In this document: positions 19,762 through 29,730 of the stretch, one piece after another
Numbering within the stretch: position 1 is the stretch's first letter
Layout of the letters: the number at the start of each line of letters is the position of its first letter
NCBI GenBank assembly: GCA_049967695.1
Contig: JBMFSF010000001.1
Coordinates: 925 to 64,924, forward strand
DNA: 64,000 bases
DNA from: Candidatus Micrarchaeia archaeon
GTDB lineage: Archaea; Micrarchaeota; Micrarchaeia; Micrarchaeales; Micrarchaeaceae
Direction: 5' to 3'
The notes under the pieces: generated by a model
Database searches by the model: none
What the model saw: only the letters and a program-made list of their open reading frames with translations
Told to the model about the DNA's origin: nothing
Made by a program: the position numbers and the translations under genes

Positions 19762-19819
19762 TGATAATGGATATTGTTGATATGGTTTAGGGTTGGAATA
19801 AAGGAAAAAGGTAAAAGCA

Positions 19820-20182
19820 ATGATAATAAAACCGTTGTTGGCGGGTGTTTCTCAATTGGTAAAGAAACCTATAACTGTAGAATACCCGGACGAGAAGGAG
19901 GAAAAACCTGACAATTATAGAGGCGTGCACAAGCTCGACATGCAAACTTGCATAAGTTGCGGCGCCTGTGCCAGGATTTGCCCTAACAATACTATAGATA
20001 TGGTTGATACAGAAACAGACAAAGGCATTAAGAAGATGCCTCAGATAGGGCTTGACAGGTGCCTTTTTTGCGGGCTTTGTGAAGAAGTCTGCCCTACTAA
20101 GTGCCTTGTGCTTACAAAAAGCACGGAATATGAAGCATATGACAGGAGGGTGTTGATAAAACGCCCCGAGGATCTTGAGTAA
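19820..20182 (+). CDS. nuoI: complex I subunit I (2x[4Fe-4S])
   Basis: CISCGACARICP and CLFCGLCEEVCP motifs. Position between nuoH and nuoJ. Confidence 0.85.
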   Translation: MIIKPLLAGVSQLVKKPITVEYPDEKEEKPDNYRGVHKLDMQTCISCGACARICPNNTIDMVDTETDKGIKKMPQIGLDRCLFCGLCEEVCPTKCLVLTKSTEYEAYDRRVLIKRPEDLE

Positions 20183-20198
20183 TTGGTAATTGGGTGCT

Positions 20199-20654
20199 AT
20201 GATGCTGATATTGCTGCTGGCGGCGCTTTTGGAGCTTGTTTTCGTACTTTACATATTCCAGCTCAAGAAAATGCTCTATGCAATACTTGCTCTGGTGCTT
20301 GTTTTTATAGCAAATGCAGCAATATTTGCCTTGGTTGGCATGGTATTTGTTGCTATTCTGCAACTGTTTGTGATAGTTGGGGGCATAGCAACATACCTGC
20401 TTGTGGGACTCTCTCCTTCGATGCCGATGGCAGTAAGCATATCAAAGCCCAAATTCGCACTTTCAGCAATCGTGCTTATGCTTGCATTTAGCTTTGCAAT
20501 TTCCAAGATGGGTTTTGCAAGCAGCAAAGCTACAAGCATAAACATCTATGCCATATTCGGAAACATATCTTTTCTTTACTTGCTTGTGCTGGCACTTTTT
20601 GCAATCTGCATAGCAGCAATAGTGGTAATTAAAAAAATTGGTGTTAAAAAATGA
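20199..20654 (+). CDS. nuoJ: complex I subunit J
   Basis: Small polytopic membrane protein in the canonical slot between nuoI and nuoK. The ATG at 20199 is preferred over the TTG at 20190. ATGA overlap with nuoK. Confidence 0.7.
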   Translation: MMLILLLAALLELVFVLYIFQLKKMLYAILALVLVFIANAAIFALVGMVFVAILQLFVIVGGIATYLLVGLSPSMPMAVSISKPKFALSAIVLMLAFSFAISKMGFASSKATSINIYAIFGNISFLYLLVLALFAICIAAIVVIKKIGVKK

Positions 20655-20950
20655 GCATCATGATAGTTGCAATTCTTTCATTTTTCATGCTCAGCTTCGG
20701 CATTGCAGGGGTAGTGTCATCAAAAAATATGATAATGATTATAATATCAGCAGAGCTTATACTGGTGGCTGCAAGCCTTGCGGTTGTTTCATTCGCTTTC
20801 GAGTCATTGTTTCTATCGGTAATGGAATTTTTGCTTACCATATGGTCTGTTATGGCGATGGAAATAATCGCGCTTGTAGCAGCATATAGATACATGCACA
20901 GAGAGGAGATAAGCTTCGATATAGATAAGCTTTCAAGTTTGAAAGGTTAG
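20651..20950 (+). CDS. nuoK: complex I subunit K
   Basis: 99 aa, three TMs, with the conserved membrane Glu context (IISAELILVAASLA). Canonical position in the operon. Confidence 0.8.
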   Translation: MSIMIVAILSFFMLSFGIAGVVSSKNMIMIIISAELILVAASLAVVSFAFESLFLSVMEFLLTIWSVMAMEIIALVAAYRYMHREEISFDIDKLSSLKG

Positions 20951-20956
20951 TTAAAA

Positions 20957-22753
20957 ATGCTAGCTATACTTGTAATAGTTCCGATGCTTTTGGCAGGCTT
21001 TGCGGCATTGGTAATGAGGCACAAGAGGTATATAAAATATACTGCTGTAGCGGCCAGCATATTCTCTTTGGCTATAGCTGTTGCGCTTATTTTCAATTCC
21101 TCAAAAGTGCAAGCACTAGGCTGGTTTTCAGTAGCTGGCGTATCTTTCGACCTGGTTACTTATACATATAGCATAAACCTGCTTCTCCTGCTTCTCGTAT
21201 GTTTTATAGCTCCATTTATATTCCTCTATTCTTTTGGCTTTATGTACAAGAGGAACGAGCAGGCTCGCTATTATTTTGAGATGAGCATGTTTTCTGCTTC
21301 TATGATGCTGTTTGCCATCTCCGGCAATTTTATAACTCTGTTCATAAGCTGGGAGATGCTTGGGCTTTTCAGCTATCTTTTGATAGGTTTTTGGACAGAT
21401 GAAGAAGAGGCAGTAAAATCTGCAAGGAAAGCGCTTACAATAATATCAATAGGAGACGTCAGCATGCTGATGGCTATAATTCTTATATGGAAAAGCTATG
21501 GCAGCTTTTCATTTTCTGCAATCCTTGCCGCACCTTTCCATTATGAGATCATGCTTGCATTGGGCTTGATGCTTGTTGCAGCATTTACTAAAGCCGCACA
21601 GTTTCCATTTCACGAATGGCTACCTGCAGCAATGGCTGGTCCAACTCCTGTTTCTGCATTCCTCCATTCCTCTACCATGGTCAAGGCAGGGGTATTTCTG
21701 CTCATTATTTTGTATCCTCTTTTTGCGGCTGCACATATGCTGTGGGTAATACTTGCCATAGGGCTGGCTAGTGTTTTCATAAGCATATCAAACGCCCTTG
21801 CGGAAAGCCACATAAAGAAGATTCTCGCTTATTCAACTATAGAAGATTTGGGCCTTATGCTTGTCGCAATAGGACTGCATGCGCTTTATGCTGCAATATT
21901 GCTGTTTTTCGTCCAGACCTTCTACAAGGCGCTTATATTTATGGTGGCAGGATCAGCCATGCGCGCAAATGATAATAGAGAAGACATATACAGGATATAT
22001 GCAATATACAAAAACAAGCTCCTATATGCAAGCGCTATAATAGGCGTAGCTGCAATAGCAGGAATATTTCCGCTTGCTGGTTTCTTCGGCAAATTTGCAA
22101 TAGATAGCGCCAGTACATGGGTCTTTCCTATACTGCTTGCTGCAGACCTTGGCACGTCTATATACATATTCCGCTGGCTTTTTGTAATATCCTCCAAGCC
22201 AAGATCCGTTCAGGATGAAATTCCGCTCAATATTTCATATGGGCTGCTTCCGAAGTCCATGCTATATGCAGGATTTGCGCTCGCCATAGCTTCTGCTGTC
22301 GCTGGTGCAATGTATTTTTATCTCCCCAAGATTATAACCCTTAGCTCATACGCAGGTTTACTTGCTTCTGGTTTGCATCTGCCTTTGGAAATAAATCTTG
22401 TAGAAGCGGAGCTTGCTACTGTCATAATAGCATTTGGCATATTTGTATCTTATAATATTTTCAAAGCTAGGATCTGGAGCATAGAAAAGTACAAGAAAAG
22501 CAGGCCATTATATCTTTTATTTTATTCCTCCGTGCCATTCAACATATTCTATAAATATTTTGCAATTGTATTTGACAAGGCCTCACTTGCATTGCTCGAT
22601 TTCGATCGGGCCTTGTTCTCTTCCGCTTCGAACTTTGCAAAGGGATTCATGTCTTTGGGAATGCTGCTGAGAAATTCGGTAAACGGCAAGATCTGGGCGT
22701 ACACAATGGCGCTTGCTTTAGGGATTGCCATACTTATATTTATATTCTTGTGA
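20957..22753 (+). CDS. nuoL: complex I subunit L (Mrp antiporter-like)
   Basis: 598 aa. ISWEMLGLFSYLLIGFW, KAAQFPFHEWLPAAMAGPTPVSAFLHSSTMVKAGVFL and a long C-terminal extension are typical of NuoL/ND5. Confidence 0.9.
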   Translation: MLAILVIVPMLLAGFAALVMRHKRYIKYTAVAASIFSLAIAVALIFNSSKVQALGWFSVAGVSFDLVTYTYSINLLLLLLVCFIAPFIFLYSFGFMYKRNEQARYYFEMSMFSASMMLFAISGNFITLFISWEMLGLFSYLLIGFWTDEEEAVKSARKALTIISIGDVSMLMAIILIWKSYGSFSFSAILAAPFHYEIMLALGLMLVAAFTKAAQFPFHEWLPAAMAGPTPVSAFLHSSTMVKAGVFLLIILYPLFAAAHMLWVILAIGLASVFISISNALAESHIKKILAYSTIEDLGLMLVAIGLHALYAAILLFFVQTFYKALIFMVAGSAMRANDNREDIYRIYAIYKNKLLYASAIIGVAAIAGIFPLAGFFGKFAIDSASTWVFPILLAADLGTSIYIFRWLFVISSKPRSVQDEIPLNISYGLLPKSMLYAGFALAIASAVAGAMYFYLPKIITLSSYAGLLASGLHLPLEINLVEAELATVIIAFGIFVSYNIFKARIWSIEKYKKSRPLYLLFYSSVPFNIFYKYFAIVFDKASLALLDFDRALFSSASNFAKGFMSLGMLLRNSVNGKIWAYTMALALGIAILIFIFL

Positions 22754-22757
22754 TTTA

Positions 22758-24122
22758 ATGTTGCTGCTAACATTTACATTGCTGATTCCGATAATCGCTC
22801 TGGCATTGGTTATTGCGCTTGAAAAAAGGTTTGCAAGGCAAATCACAATAGCTGCTACACTGGCCGAGTTGCTTCTTTCCATATTCCTAATTTACGAGAT
22901 GCATTTCTCTGGATTGTCATTCTCATATTCGTACCTTTACGGTAGCATAACAATACCTTTCTCGCTTTCATTGGTGCCAATATCCGCAATTCTGCTTTTT
23001 ATGTCTGTGGCTGTAATACTTTCAGTTGCTATATCAAGCAGCAACTCTTCTAAAGCGGTATACTCTCTTCTCCTGCTTCTGCAAGCTTCCGCAGCAGGGC
23101 TTTTCGAATCCTCTAACTTATTCTTCTTTTTCATATTTTGGGATGTTGGCGTAATCTCTGCATTTTTTATGATCTACCTTTTCGGCTCGCCACAGAGAGA
23201 ACAGGCAGCAATAAAATTTATAATATACGAAGCAGCAGCAAGCATAATGCTGCTTTTTGCCATAATCCTAATATATTATTCTACAGGGACTGCCGGGATC
23301 AAAAGCCTTTCACTTTATCACTCAAATTACTCCTTTGCAATATTTTTCTTGATGCTTTTCGCGTTTATGATAAACATGGGGATATTTCCATTCCACTTCT
23401 GGCTTCCAGATGCATATGGAGAAGCGTCTACCGAAGGCTCTATGGCAATCTCTGCAATAGTCTCTAAATTCGGCGCACTCGGCTCTTTCTATCTCTTGGC
23501 AATGTTTTCCAACTATAGCCATTACATAGCTGCAATTGCAATCTTCTCTGCTTTCTATGCCTCTTTCATGATGATAAGAGAGCGAGACATAAAAAGGATA
23601 GTTGCTTACGCAAGCATGCTTGACATGTCTCTTATACTGTTTGCGCTTACTCCAGGTAACGCCTTATCAAATGCTGGTGCCGCGTATTCAATGCTCTCCC
23701 ACGGGCTTGCAATTTCCCTTCTCTTCCTTGCGGCTGGCTCTATAGAATATGTTTCAGGCACTAGAAACATAAGGCTAATGGAGGGTATTGCAAAGCTTTC
23801 AAAATCCACTGCATACATATTTATAGCAGCCGTGCTACTGCTGTTTGGCCTTCCACTTGGCTCCGGCTTCATAGCAGATTTGCTCATATTTATGGGAGCG
23901 GTGCAGTCTTTTGGGGCTTATGGGCTTCTGCTGCTCCTGCCAATACTTATAGCAGAGGCATTTTTTTATTACGTAATAGCAAGAAGCATGTTTGTCGCGC
24001 ATGAAGAGCCGAAGCCTGTGAATTATCTTGATGCAGGCACTAAGCATGCATACGCTTTACTGCTTTCGTTAATACTGCTGTTTGGGCTTATGCCTTTCAT
24101 ATTCCTTAGTATTTTCAAGTGA
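22758..24122 (+). CDS. nuoM: complex I subunit M
   Basis: Antiporter-like motifs FIFWDVGVISAFFMI and FPFHFWLPDAYGEASTEGSMAISAIVSKFG. The ATG at 22758, just after the nuoL stop, is preferred to the upstream overlapping start in the ORF track. Confidence 0.85.
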   Translation: MLLLTFTLLIPIIALALVIALEKRFARQITIAATLAELLLSIFLIYEMHFSGLSFSYSYLYGSITIPFSLSLVPISAILLFMSVAVILSVAISSSNSSKAVYSLLLLLQASAAGLFESSNLFFFFIFWDVGVISAFFMIYLFGSPQREQAAIKFIIYEAAASIMLLFAIILIYYSTGTAGIKSLSLYHSNYSFAIFFLMLFAFMINMGIFPFHFWLPDAYGEASTEGSMAISAIVSKFGALGSFYLLAMFSNYSHYIAAIAIFSAFYASFMMIRERDIKRIVAYASMLDMSLILFALTPGNALSNAGAAYSMLSHGLAISLLFLAAGSIEYVSGTRNIRLMEGIAKLSKSTAYIFIAAVLLLFGLPLGSGFIADLLIFMGAVQSFGAYGLLLLLPILIAEAFFYYVIARSMFVAHEEPKPVNYLDAGTKHAYALLLSLILLFGLMPFIFLSIFK

Positions 24123-24127
24123 TAAAA

Positions 24128-25516
24128 ATGATTGCCATTTATGTGTATGCTGCATTGCTGGCGCTGCTCGCAGGAAGTTCATTCATATTCATAAAAAAAG
24201 AAAGCAAGAAGCAGGGCTTTGCAGTATCTGTTGCAATAATGCTCGCGCTTGAAGCGATTTCAGTATATTCATTTTCACTACTTAAAATGGGGCAAGCACA
24301 AAATTCTCTTGCCTTTGGCTTCCTTGTGCTATCGCCTTTTTCCTCTTTCATGCTTTCAGTTTTCATGTTTGTTGCAGTGCTTGTTATGCTTTTAGCCTAC
24401 AGGTACTCTTCAAACTATCCTGTTTTTTTATTCCTTTTTTCTATCAGCATTGTCGGAATGTCAATTGTTATAATGTCTTATTCCTTTATATCAATAATTA
24501 TAGGAATGGAGCTGCTTTCCCTGCCCACAATGCTTCTTATTCTTAGTTCAGGCAGGCAGCATGCAGAGTCATCAATAAAATTCTTTATTATGAGCTCCAT
24601 AGCAATAGGGTTGCTGGCTTTCAGCATAGCTTTGATTCTTCCTTACGATGGCAGTCTTACAGTAGGGGTCATGCCTTACAGTTTCAATTACCAGATCGGG
24701 CTTGCAATGCTGCTTTTTGCTGTCGCTTTGGGAATAGAAGCTTCAATATTTCCATTTAACCTCTGGATACCTGACGTATATCAGGGTTCCCCGGACTATA
24801 TTACTCCTATGCTTGCTTCGATAAACAAGAAGATAGCGTTCGTGGTGCTTCTCGAGGTTTTCTTTATTAGCATGTTTACTTTTTCCAAGGAGTTTTCACC
24901 GCTATGGGCGCTTCTTTCAATACTTACAATGTTCTTTGGTAATTTGGTCGCTCTGGTACAGGACAATGTAAAAAGGATGCTTGCATATTCATCAATTTCA
25001 CAGGCAGGGTATATAGCAATAGGAATTGCAGCGGCAACCTCTGCCGGTTTTACTGCCTCGGTTTTCCAGATAATAGCCCACATGTTTATGATACTGGTAG
25101 CGTTTACTTCCGTATTGATATTGAGCAAGCATGGAATAAACAATGTAAAAGAATATTCGGGACTTGCCTCCAAAAACCAGTTCATTGCCTTCTCCCTTAC
25201 CATATCATTTTTGTCAATGATAGGCGTGCCTCCGCTAATGGGCTTCTTCGGCAAGTTCCTTCTCTTTTCAAGCGCAATCTCATCCAATCTGTTTTATCTA
25301 GCATTCTTTGGCATAATAAACAGCATTATCTCTATATATTATTACTTCAGGGTAATAATGGCAATGTACTCTCCAAGCTTGCAGAAATACAAGCACATAT
25401 ACGTAAGCAAGGAAGCTTCAATAGTGCTCTCTGTTTCGACCTCTATCATAATACTCCTTGGCATATTCCCTCAGATCATCCTATACCCGATAGAGTTTAT
25501 AGCAAATAATCTTTGA
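24128..25516 (+). CDS. nuoN: complex I subunit N
   Basis: Antiporter-like motif FPFNLWIPDVYQGSPDYITPMLASINKK and RMLAYSSISQAGYI. Last gene of the run. A GTG at 24119 is an alternative start. Confidence 0.85.
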   Translation: MIAIYVYAALLALLAGSSFIFIKKESKKQGFAVSVAIMLALEAISVYSFSLLKMGQAQNSLAFGFLVLSPFSSFMLSVFMFVAVLVMLLAYRYSSNYPVFLFLFSISIVGMSIVIMSYSFISIIIGMELLSLPTMLLILSSGRQHAESSIKFFIMSSIAIGLLAFSIALILPYDGSLTVGVMPYSFNYQIGLAMLLFAVALGIEASIFPFNLWIPDVYQGSPDYITPMLASINKKIAFVVLLEVFFISMFTFSKEFSPLWALLSILTMFFGNLVALVQDNVKRMLAYSSISQAGYIAIGIAAATSAGFTASVFQIIAHMFMILVAFTSVLILSKHGINNVKEYSGLASKNQFIAFSLTISFLSMIGVPPLMGFFGKFLLFSSAISSNLFYLAFFGIINSIISIYYYFRVIMAMYSPSLQKYKHIYVSKEASIVLSVSTSIIILLGIFPQIILYPIEFIANNL

Positions 25517-25658
25517 TGCATTTATTAATTTTATATATTCTCTTTTGCTGCAATTAAAATAATATCTATTTAATTGCTGCTAATCCAATAAAAGCATAAA
25601 CAGATCTTCTTATGCTCCACTACTAATTATTTTTATATTTATACAAGAAAATAATAAT

Positions 25659-26954
25659 ATGGACCTAGGAGAAAGCATTAGGAAAGCAGTAGCAAAGCTT
25701 ACTAATACTACCATAATAGACGCACAAGCCATAAAGGACTTCAACAGGGATTTGCAGAAGGCTCTTATAAGCGCAGATGTAGACGTAGCGCTTGTTCTCA
25801 ATCTTACAAAGAATATAGAAGATAAAGCCTTGCATAGCAAGCCTCCGCCAGGTTTGAGCTCTAAAGATTATATTACAAATATTGTATATGACAGCCTTGT
25901 AGAGATAATGGGGAATACGTACATACCGGAAATCAAGCCAAAGAAAATACTGCTTATGGGGCTGTATGGTTCAGGAAAAACAACCACAGCAGTAAAGCTT
26001 GCAAAATTTTATCAGGATAGAGGGCTTGGCGCAGCAGTTGTTTGCTGCGATGTTTCAAGGCCTGCAGCATACGAACAGCTTGAAACTCTTGCAAAGCAGG
26101 CAGGAGTCTCATTTTTCGGAATAAAAGAATCAAAGGATCCTGTTGAGATAATTAAAAAGTCTGCATCTTATTTGAAGGACAAGGATGTGGTAATATGCGA
26201 TACAAGTGGTAGAAGCGCTTTGGACCAACAGCTCATAGCCGAGCTCAAAAATGTTTCTTCTGCATTCAGGCCCGATGAAAGCATGCTTGTAATAAGCGCT
26301 GATATCGGCAGAGTTGTCGGAAAGCAGGCCGAAGAATTCGACAATGCAGTGAAAATTACTGGCATTATAATAACAAAAATGGACGGCTCTTCAAAAGGGG
26401 GCGGAGCCTTGACTGCAGCTGCAGCTGCAAAAGCCTCAGTAAAATTCATAGGGAACGGGGAAAAAATCGACGATATTGAACCATATAATTCAAAGAAATT
26501 TGTAGAAAGGCTCCTTGGCTTGCCTGATATAGATGCATTGCTTAATAGAGTAAAGTTAGCAATCTCCGAAGCCGCAGTAAAACCGGAAGATTTGGAGCAG
26601 CAGGAGCTGAACTTCGAAACTTTTTATACCCAGCTAAAAGCACTAAACAAAATGGGTCCTTTGAAAAATGTACTTGGAATGCTTGGCGCTTATGATGTGC
26701 CAAAAGAGATTGTTAGCTCCAGTGAGGAAAAGCTTAACAAATACAAAGTAATAATATCTTCAATGACAATGGAGGAGCGCAAAGACGAAAAGCTGCTTCA
26801 CAACAGCAGCAGGATCAAAAGAATCGCGCTGGGCAGTGGAGTTGCAGAAACAGATGTGCACCAACTCATATCTGACTTTAACAAGATGAAAAAAATCTAT
26901 TCAACATTTGCAAACGACAGAAGCTTAAAGAAAAAGTTCAGCAAATTTTTCTAA
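25659..26954 (+). CDS. srp54: signal recognition particle protein SRP54
   Basis: NG domain motifs GLYGSGKTTT, DTSGR and TKMDGSSKGGGAL, followed by a Met-containing M domain (LKNVLGMLG, MTMEERK). Confidence 0.95.
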   Translation: MDLGESIRKAVAKLTNTTIIDAQAIKDFNRDLQKALISADVDVALVLNLTKNIEDKALHSKPPPGLSSKDYITNIVYDSLVEIMGNTYIPEIKPKKILLMGLYGSGKTTTAVKLAKFYQDRGLGAAVVCCDVSRPAAYEQLETLAKQAGVSFFGIKESKDPVEIIKKSASYLKDKDVVICDTSGRSALDQQLIAELKNVSSAFRPDESMLVISADIGRVVGKQAEEFDNAVKITGIIITKMDGSSKGGGALTAAAAAKASVKFIGNGEKIDDIEPYNSKKFVERLLGLPDIDALLNRVKLAISEAAVKPEDLEQQELNFETFYTQLKALNKMGPLKNVLGMLGAYDVPKEIVSSSEEKLNKYKVIISSMTMEERKDEKLLHNSSRIKRIALGSGVAETDVHQLISDFNKMKKIYSTFANDRSLKKKFSKFF

Positions 26955-27201
26955 AATAAAAAACAAAACAATCAAAAAAATAAAAAGACGCAGAAAATCA
27001 AAAGAAAATAATAAGTAAAAATCACTTAATTACTTCTTTTTCTTTCCTGCTGATGTCTTCTTTTTTGCTTTAGCCATTTTATTCACTTATATATTCTTAA
27101 TTGTAGTAAAATAATTTAAAGTATCTATTAATGATTATTTACTTATATATAAGATTGTATAAAATATATGCAATAAGCATAAAGAAATACGACGTGAAAA
27201 C

Positions 27202-28314
27202 ATGCCCTCCAACAAAGCTGCTGAAATAGAGTCAAAGCTTGCAGAACTTGAGGAAGAGAAGCATAAAATAACAAAAAACAAGGCAACTGAAAAAGGGCTA
27301 AAGCACCTAGTAAGAAGAATAATAAAAATAAAAGCAGAACTCGAAGAGGCAAAGAAAAAAAAGGAAGGCAGCGGTTTCTTCATAAAGAAGAGCGGAGACA
27401 GGACAGTCGCATTTTTGGGTTTTCCTAACGCAGGCAAATCCTCATTAATAAATGCGCTTGCCGATACTAATTCAAAAGTTGCGCCATACCAGTTTACCAC
27501 ACTTTCAATAGTGCCTGGCACGCTTACATATAACAACGTTCATATACAAATATTGGATCTTCCTGGGATAATAGAAAATGCCCACTCTGGCGTTGGCGAG
27601 GGAAAAAACGTGCTTACCGCTGTAAGAAATTCCGATCTGATAATATTTGTGCTTGATATTAATGATGTTGAAAAAATCGATGTCCTAATAAAAGAGCTAA
27701 ACCTTTTTGATATTTATATTAACAAAAATCTCCCAGATATTAAAATCGAAAAATCATTTAGCGGAGGAATTAAAATATTATACAACAATTCCTCCATGAA
27801 GGACGAAGAAATAAAATTGATCCTTAAAAATTTTGGAATATATAACGCAACTGTCTCTATAAATTCTGATATATCCCCTGAAGAATTTTTGGGCTTAATA
27901 TCAAAAAGATCAAGATACATAAAAGCAATAATAGCTTTGAACAAAATAGATACCAAAGAGAATTACAATGAAATCGCAAAGGCGCTATCAGAAAAATATA
28001 AAATGGAGGTTGTCCCAATCAGCGCGACCATGCTTTACAATCTGGACTCTCTAAAAGAAACGATATATAAAAACTTGGATGCGATTGTAATATATCTAAA
28101 GGCAAGGCTTGACAATGATCCACCAATGCCAATGGTGTTGAAAAAAGGGGATTCTGTGCAAGACGCAATAATAAAACTGCATACGGATCTGGCGGACAAG
28201 ATAAAGTATGCTTATGTTACTGGGCCAAGCACAAAATTTCCAAACCAAAGGGTAGGGCTTGATCATGTTCTAATGGATGGTGATGTTGTAACTTTCATAA
28301 GAAAACTGGGATAA
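27202..28314 (+). CDS. DRG/Obg-family GTPase with C-terminal TGS domain
   Basis: G1 GFPNAGKSSLINAL, G3 DLPGIIE, G4 LNKID. The C-terminal TGS-like end reads KGDSVQDAIIKLHTDL...GDVVTF. Confidence 0.85.
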   Translation: MPSNKAAEIESKLAELEEEKHKITKNKATEKGLKHLVRRIIKIKAELEEAKKKKEGSGFFIKKSGDRTVAFLGFPNAGKSSLINALADTNSKVAPYQFTTLSIVPGTLTYNNVHIQILDLPGIIENAHSGVGEGKNVLTAVRNSDLIIFVLDINDVEKIDVLIKELNLFDIYINKNLPDIKIEKSFSGGIKILYNNSSMKDEEIKLILKNFGIYNATVSINSDISPEEFLGLISKRSRYIKAIIALNKIDTKENYNEIAKALSEKYKMEVVPISATMLYNLDSLKETIYKNLDAIVIYLKARLDNDPPMPMVLKKGDSVQDAIIKLHTDLADKIKYAYVTGPSTKFPNQRVGLDHVLMDGDVVTFIRKLG

Positions 28315-28323
28315 GGTGTTATT

Positions 28324-28767
28324 GTGGAACTGAAATATTGGGAATACGAAGATGCACCAATTAAAGAAAAAATGAAAAATCCAACTATAAAAGATATTGC
28401 GAGGGTATTTTTCGACAATGATACAGAAGCGTATAGGTTTGCTGCTATCCTATTGCAGATTAAAAAAATGAAAGAAATCAAGCTTAAAGATGTGCCAAAG
28501 GACATACCTCTTGCTACTGCAAAAAGGTATTTGGAATTTGCAATAAAATTTGGTATGGTCAAGCACGAAAATGGCGTATATGTCCTTACTGACAGGTTTT
28601 CACAGCCTCTTAAAAATTTTGCTGCATACATAAAAGCGTGGTCTACTTCTGAGAATGAAGAAGATCTTTCAATAGAATTTCCGAATGCCAAAAAGGAGAA
28701 GCAAAAAAAGCGTGGAGGCAGGTTTTCGCCGGCTTACACAACCAGCCAAGAAAGTGATCAGAAGTAG
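28324..28767 (+). CDS. hypothetical protein, possible winged-helix domain with a basic tail
   Basis: 147-aa ORF with a GTG start, 9 nt after the DRG stop. LATAKRYLEFAIKFGMVKHENGVYVLTD is wHTH-like. Weak call. Confidence 0.4.
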   Translation: MELKYWEYEDAPIKEKMKNPTIKDIARVFFDNDTEAYRFAAILLQIKKMKEIKLKDVPKDIPLATAKRYLEFAIKFGMVKHENGVYVLTDRFSQPLKNFAAYIKAWSTSENEEDLSIEFPNAKKEKQKKRGGRFSPAYTTSQESDQK

Positions 28768-28785
28768 TAAGTTGCAAAATGAAAG

Positions 28786-28873
28786 CGGGCCCGGCGGGAT
28801 TTTCATGTTCATTTTGAACCCGCGACCATTAGCTTAGAAGGCTACCGCTCTGTCCAAGCTGAGCTACGGGCCC
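28786..28873 (-). tRNA. tRNA-Arg(TCT) with a 13-nt insertion (putative intron) in the T-loop
   Basis: Minus strand reads GGGCCCG TA GCTC AGCTTGGACA GAGC G GTAGC CTTCTAA GCTAA TGGTC GCGGG TTCAAAATGAACATGAAAAT CCCGC CGGGCCC G. The cloverleaf is perfect apart from one 27:43 mismatch and a 20-nt T-loop. Removing 13 nt gives the canonical TTCAAAT. CCA is not encoded. Confidence 0.8.
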
Positions 28874-28907
28874 GTTGCAATTAATTTTATCAAACTAATA
28901 TAAATAC

Positions 28908-29720
28908 CTAATTTAATAAAAAGAACCTCTTGGTATTTTTTGTAAGGATTCTTGCGGTTTCTGTATAATCCATCTCTTTTTCCCTTGCAATTATCTTTAC
29001 TGCTTCTTTCAAATCAGTAAGCTTTTTTGCTGCAGCTGGTGCATCCGTTTCAGCCATTATCATTTCGATATCTACCATTTTTATTATTTCGTTTCTCCTT
29101 TTGGATTCTAAAGGAGGTATTGAAACCATGCAATCAATACTTTTCAAAGCCTTTATGTCTTCCATATTTCCTTCGAAAAAATGAATGTGCGCTTTTTCAA
29201 TTTTTTCCTCATCTATTATCTTTATCACGCTTTTTATCGCATCGCGCGAATGTACAGATACTGGTTTGCCAAGCTCTTTTGCAAGCCTTAACATTTCTCT
29301 GAACGCCTCTTCCTGCTTTGCCATCTGTGCCTGTGTTCTGTTTTTGTAGTCTAAACCTATCTCTCCAATGCTTTTTATCCTGCTTGCATTTTCCCTTATA
29401 AGATCCAGGTTAAATTCAAGCTCGTTCTTTGTCATATTTTCAGCATTATCTGGATCTATGCCTATTGCAGGAAAAACATTGATTCCATCGGATATCTCCA
29501 AGGTTTTGGTATTAGATTTGGTACTGCCTCCATTGCTTATGAAAGTTTTTATCCCTAATTTAATCGCTTCATCTATCTCTGCCCTACTGACCATATCCAA
29601 GTGGCAATGTGCATCTGCAAGCTCCGTAATCTCTATTTCTTTTCTGTTGGATAATATTCTCAGCACTTCTGGCTTGCTGCTGTATTTTTCCTTATGCGTG
29701 CTGACAATTTTCGAAGGCAT
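28908..29720 (-). CDS. tatD: TatD-family metal-dependent hydrolase/DNase
   Basis: DAHCHLD, IGEIGLDY, SVHSRDA, HFFEG and AETDAP motifs. The ATG at 29720 is preferred because the longer ORF-track start would overlap the upstream gene. Confidence 0.85.
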   Translation of the reverse strand: MPSKIVSTHKEKYSSKPEVLRILSNRKEIEITELADAHCHLDMVSRAEIDEAIKLGIKTFISNGGSTKSNTKTLEISDGINVFPAIGIDPDNAENMTKNELEFNLDLIRENASRIKSIGEIGLDYKNRTQAQMAKQEEAFREMLRLAKELGKPVSVHSRDAIKSVIKIIDEEKIEKAHIHFFEGNMEDIKALKSIDCMVSIPPLESKRRNEIIKMVDIEMIMAETDAPAAAKKLTDLKEAVKIIAREKEMDYTETARILTKNTKRFFLLN

Positions 29721-29730
29721 GCTCCCGTGC

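Noticed and set aside
27030-27077. 15-codon minus-strand mini-ORF MAKAKKKTSAGKKKK between srp54 and the DRG GTPase gene.
   Set aside because: It is reminiscent of tiny basic ribosomal proteins, but it is far too short and low-complexity to support from sequence alone. It does not match the eL41 pattern I remember. It would need ribosome profiling or proteomics.
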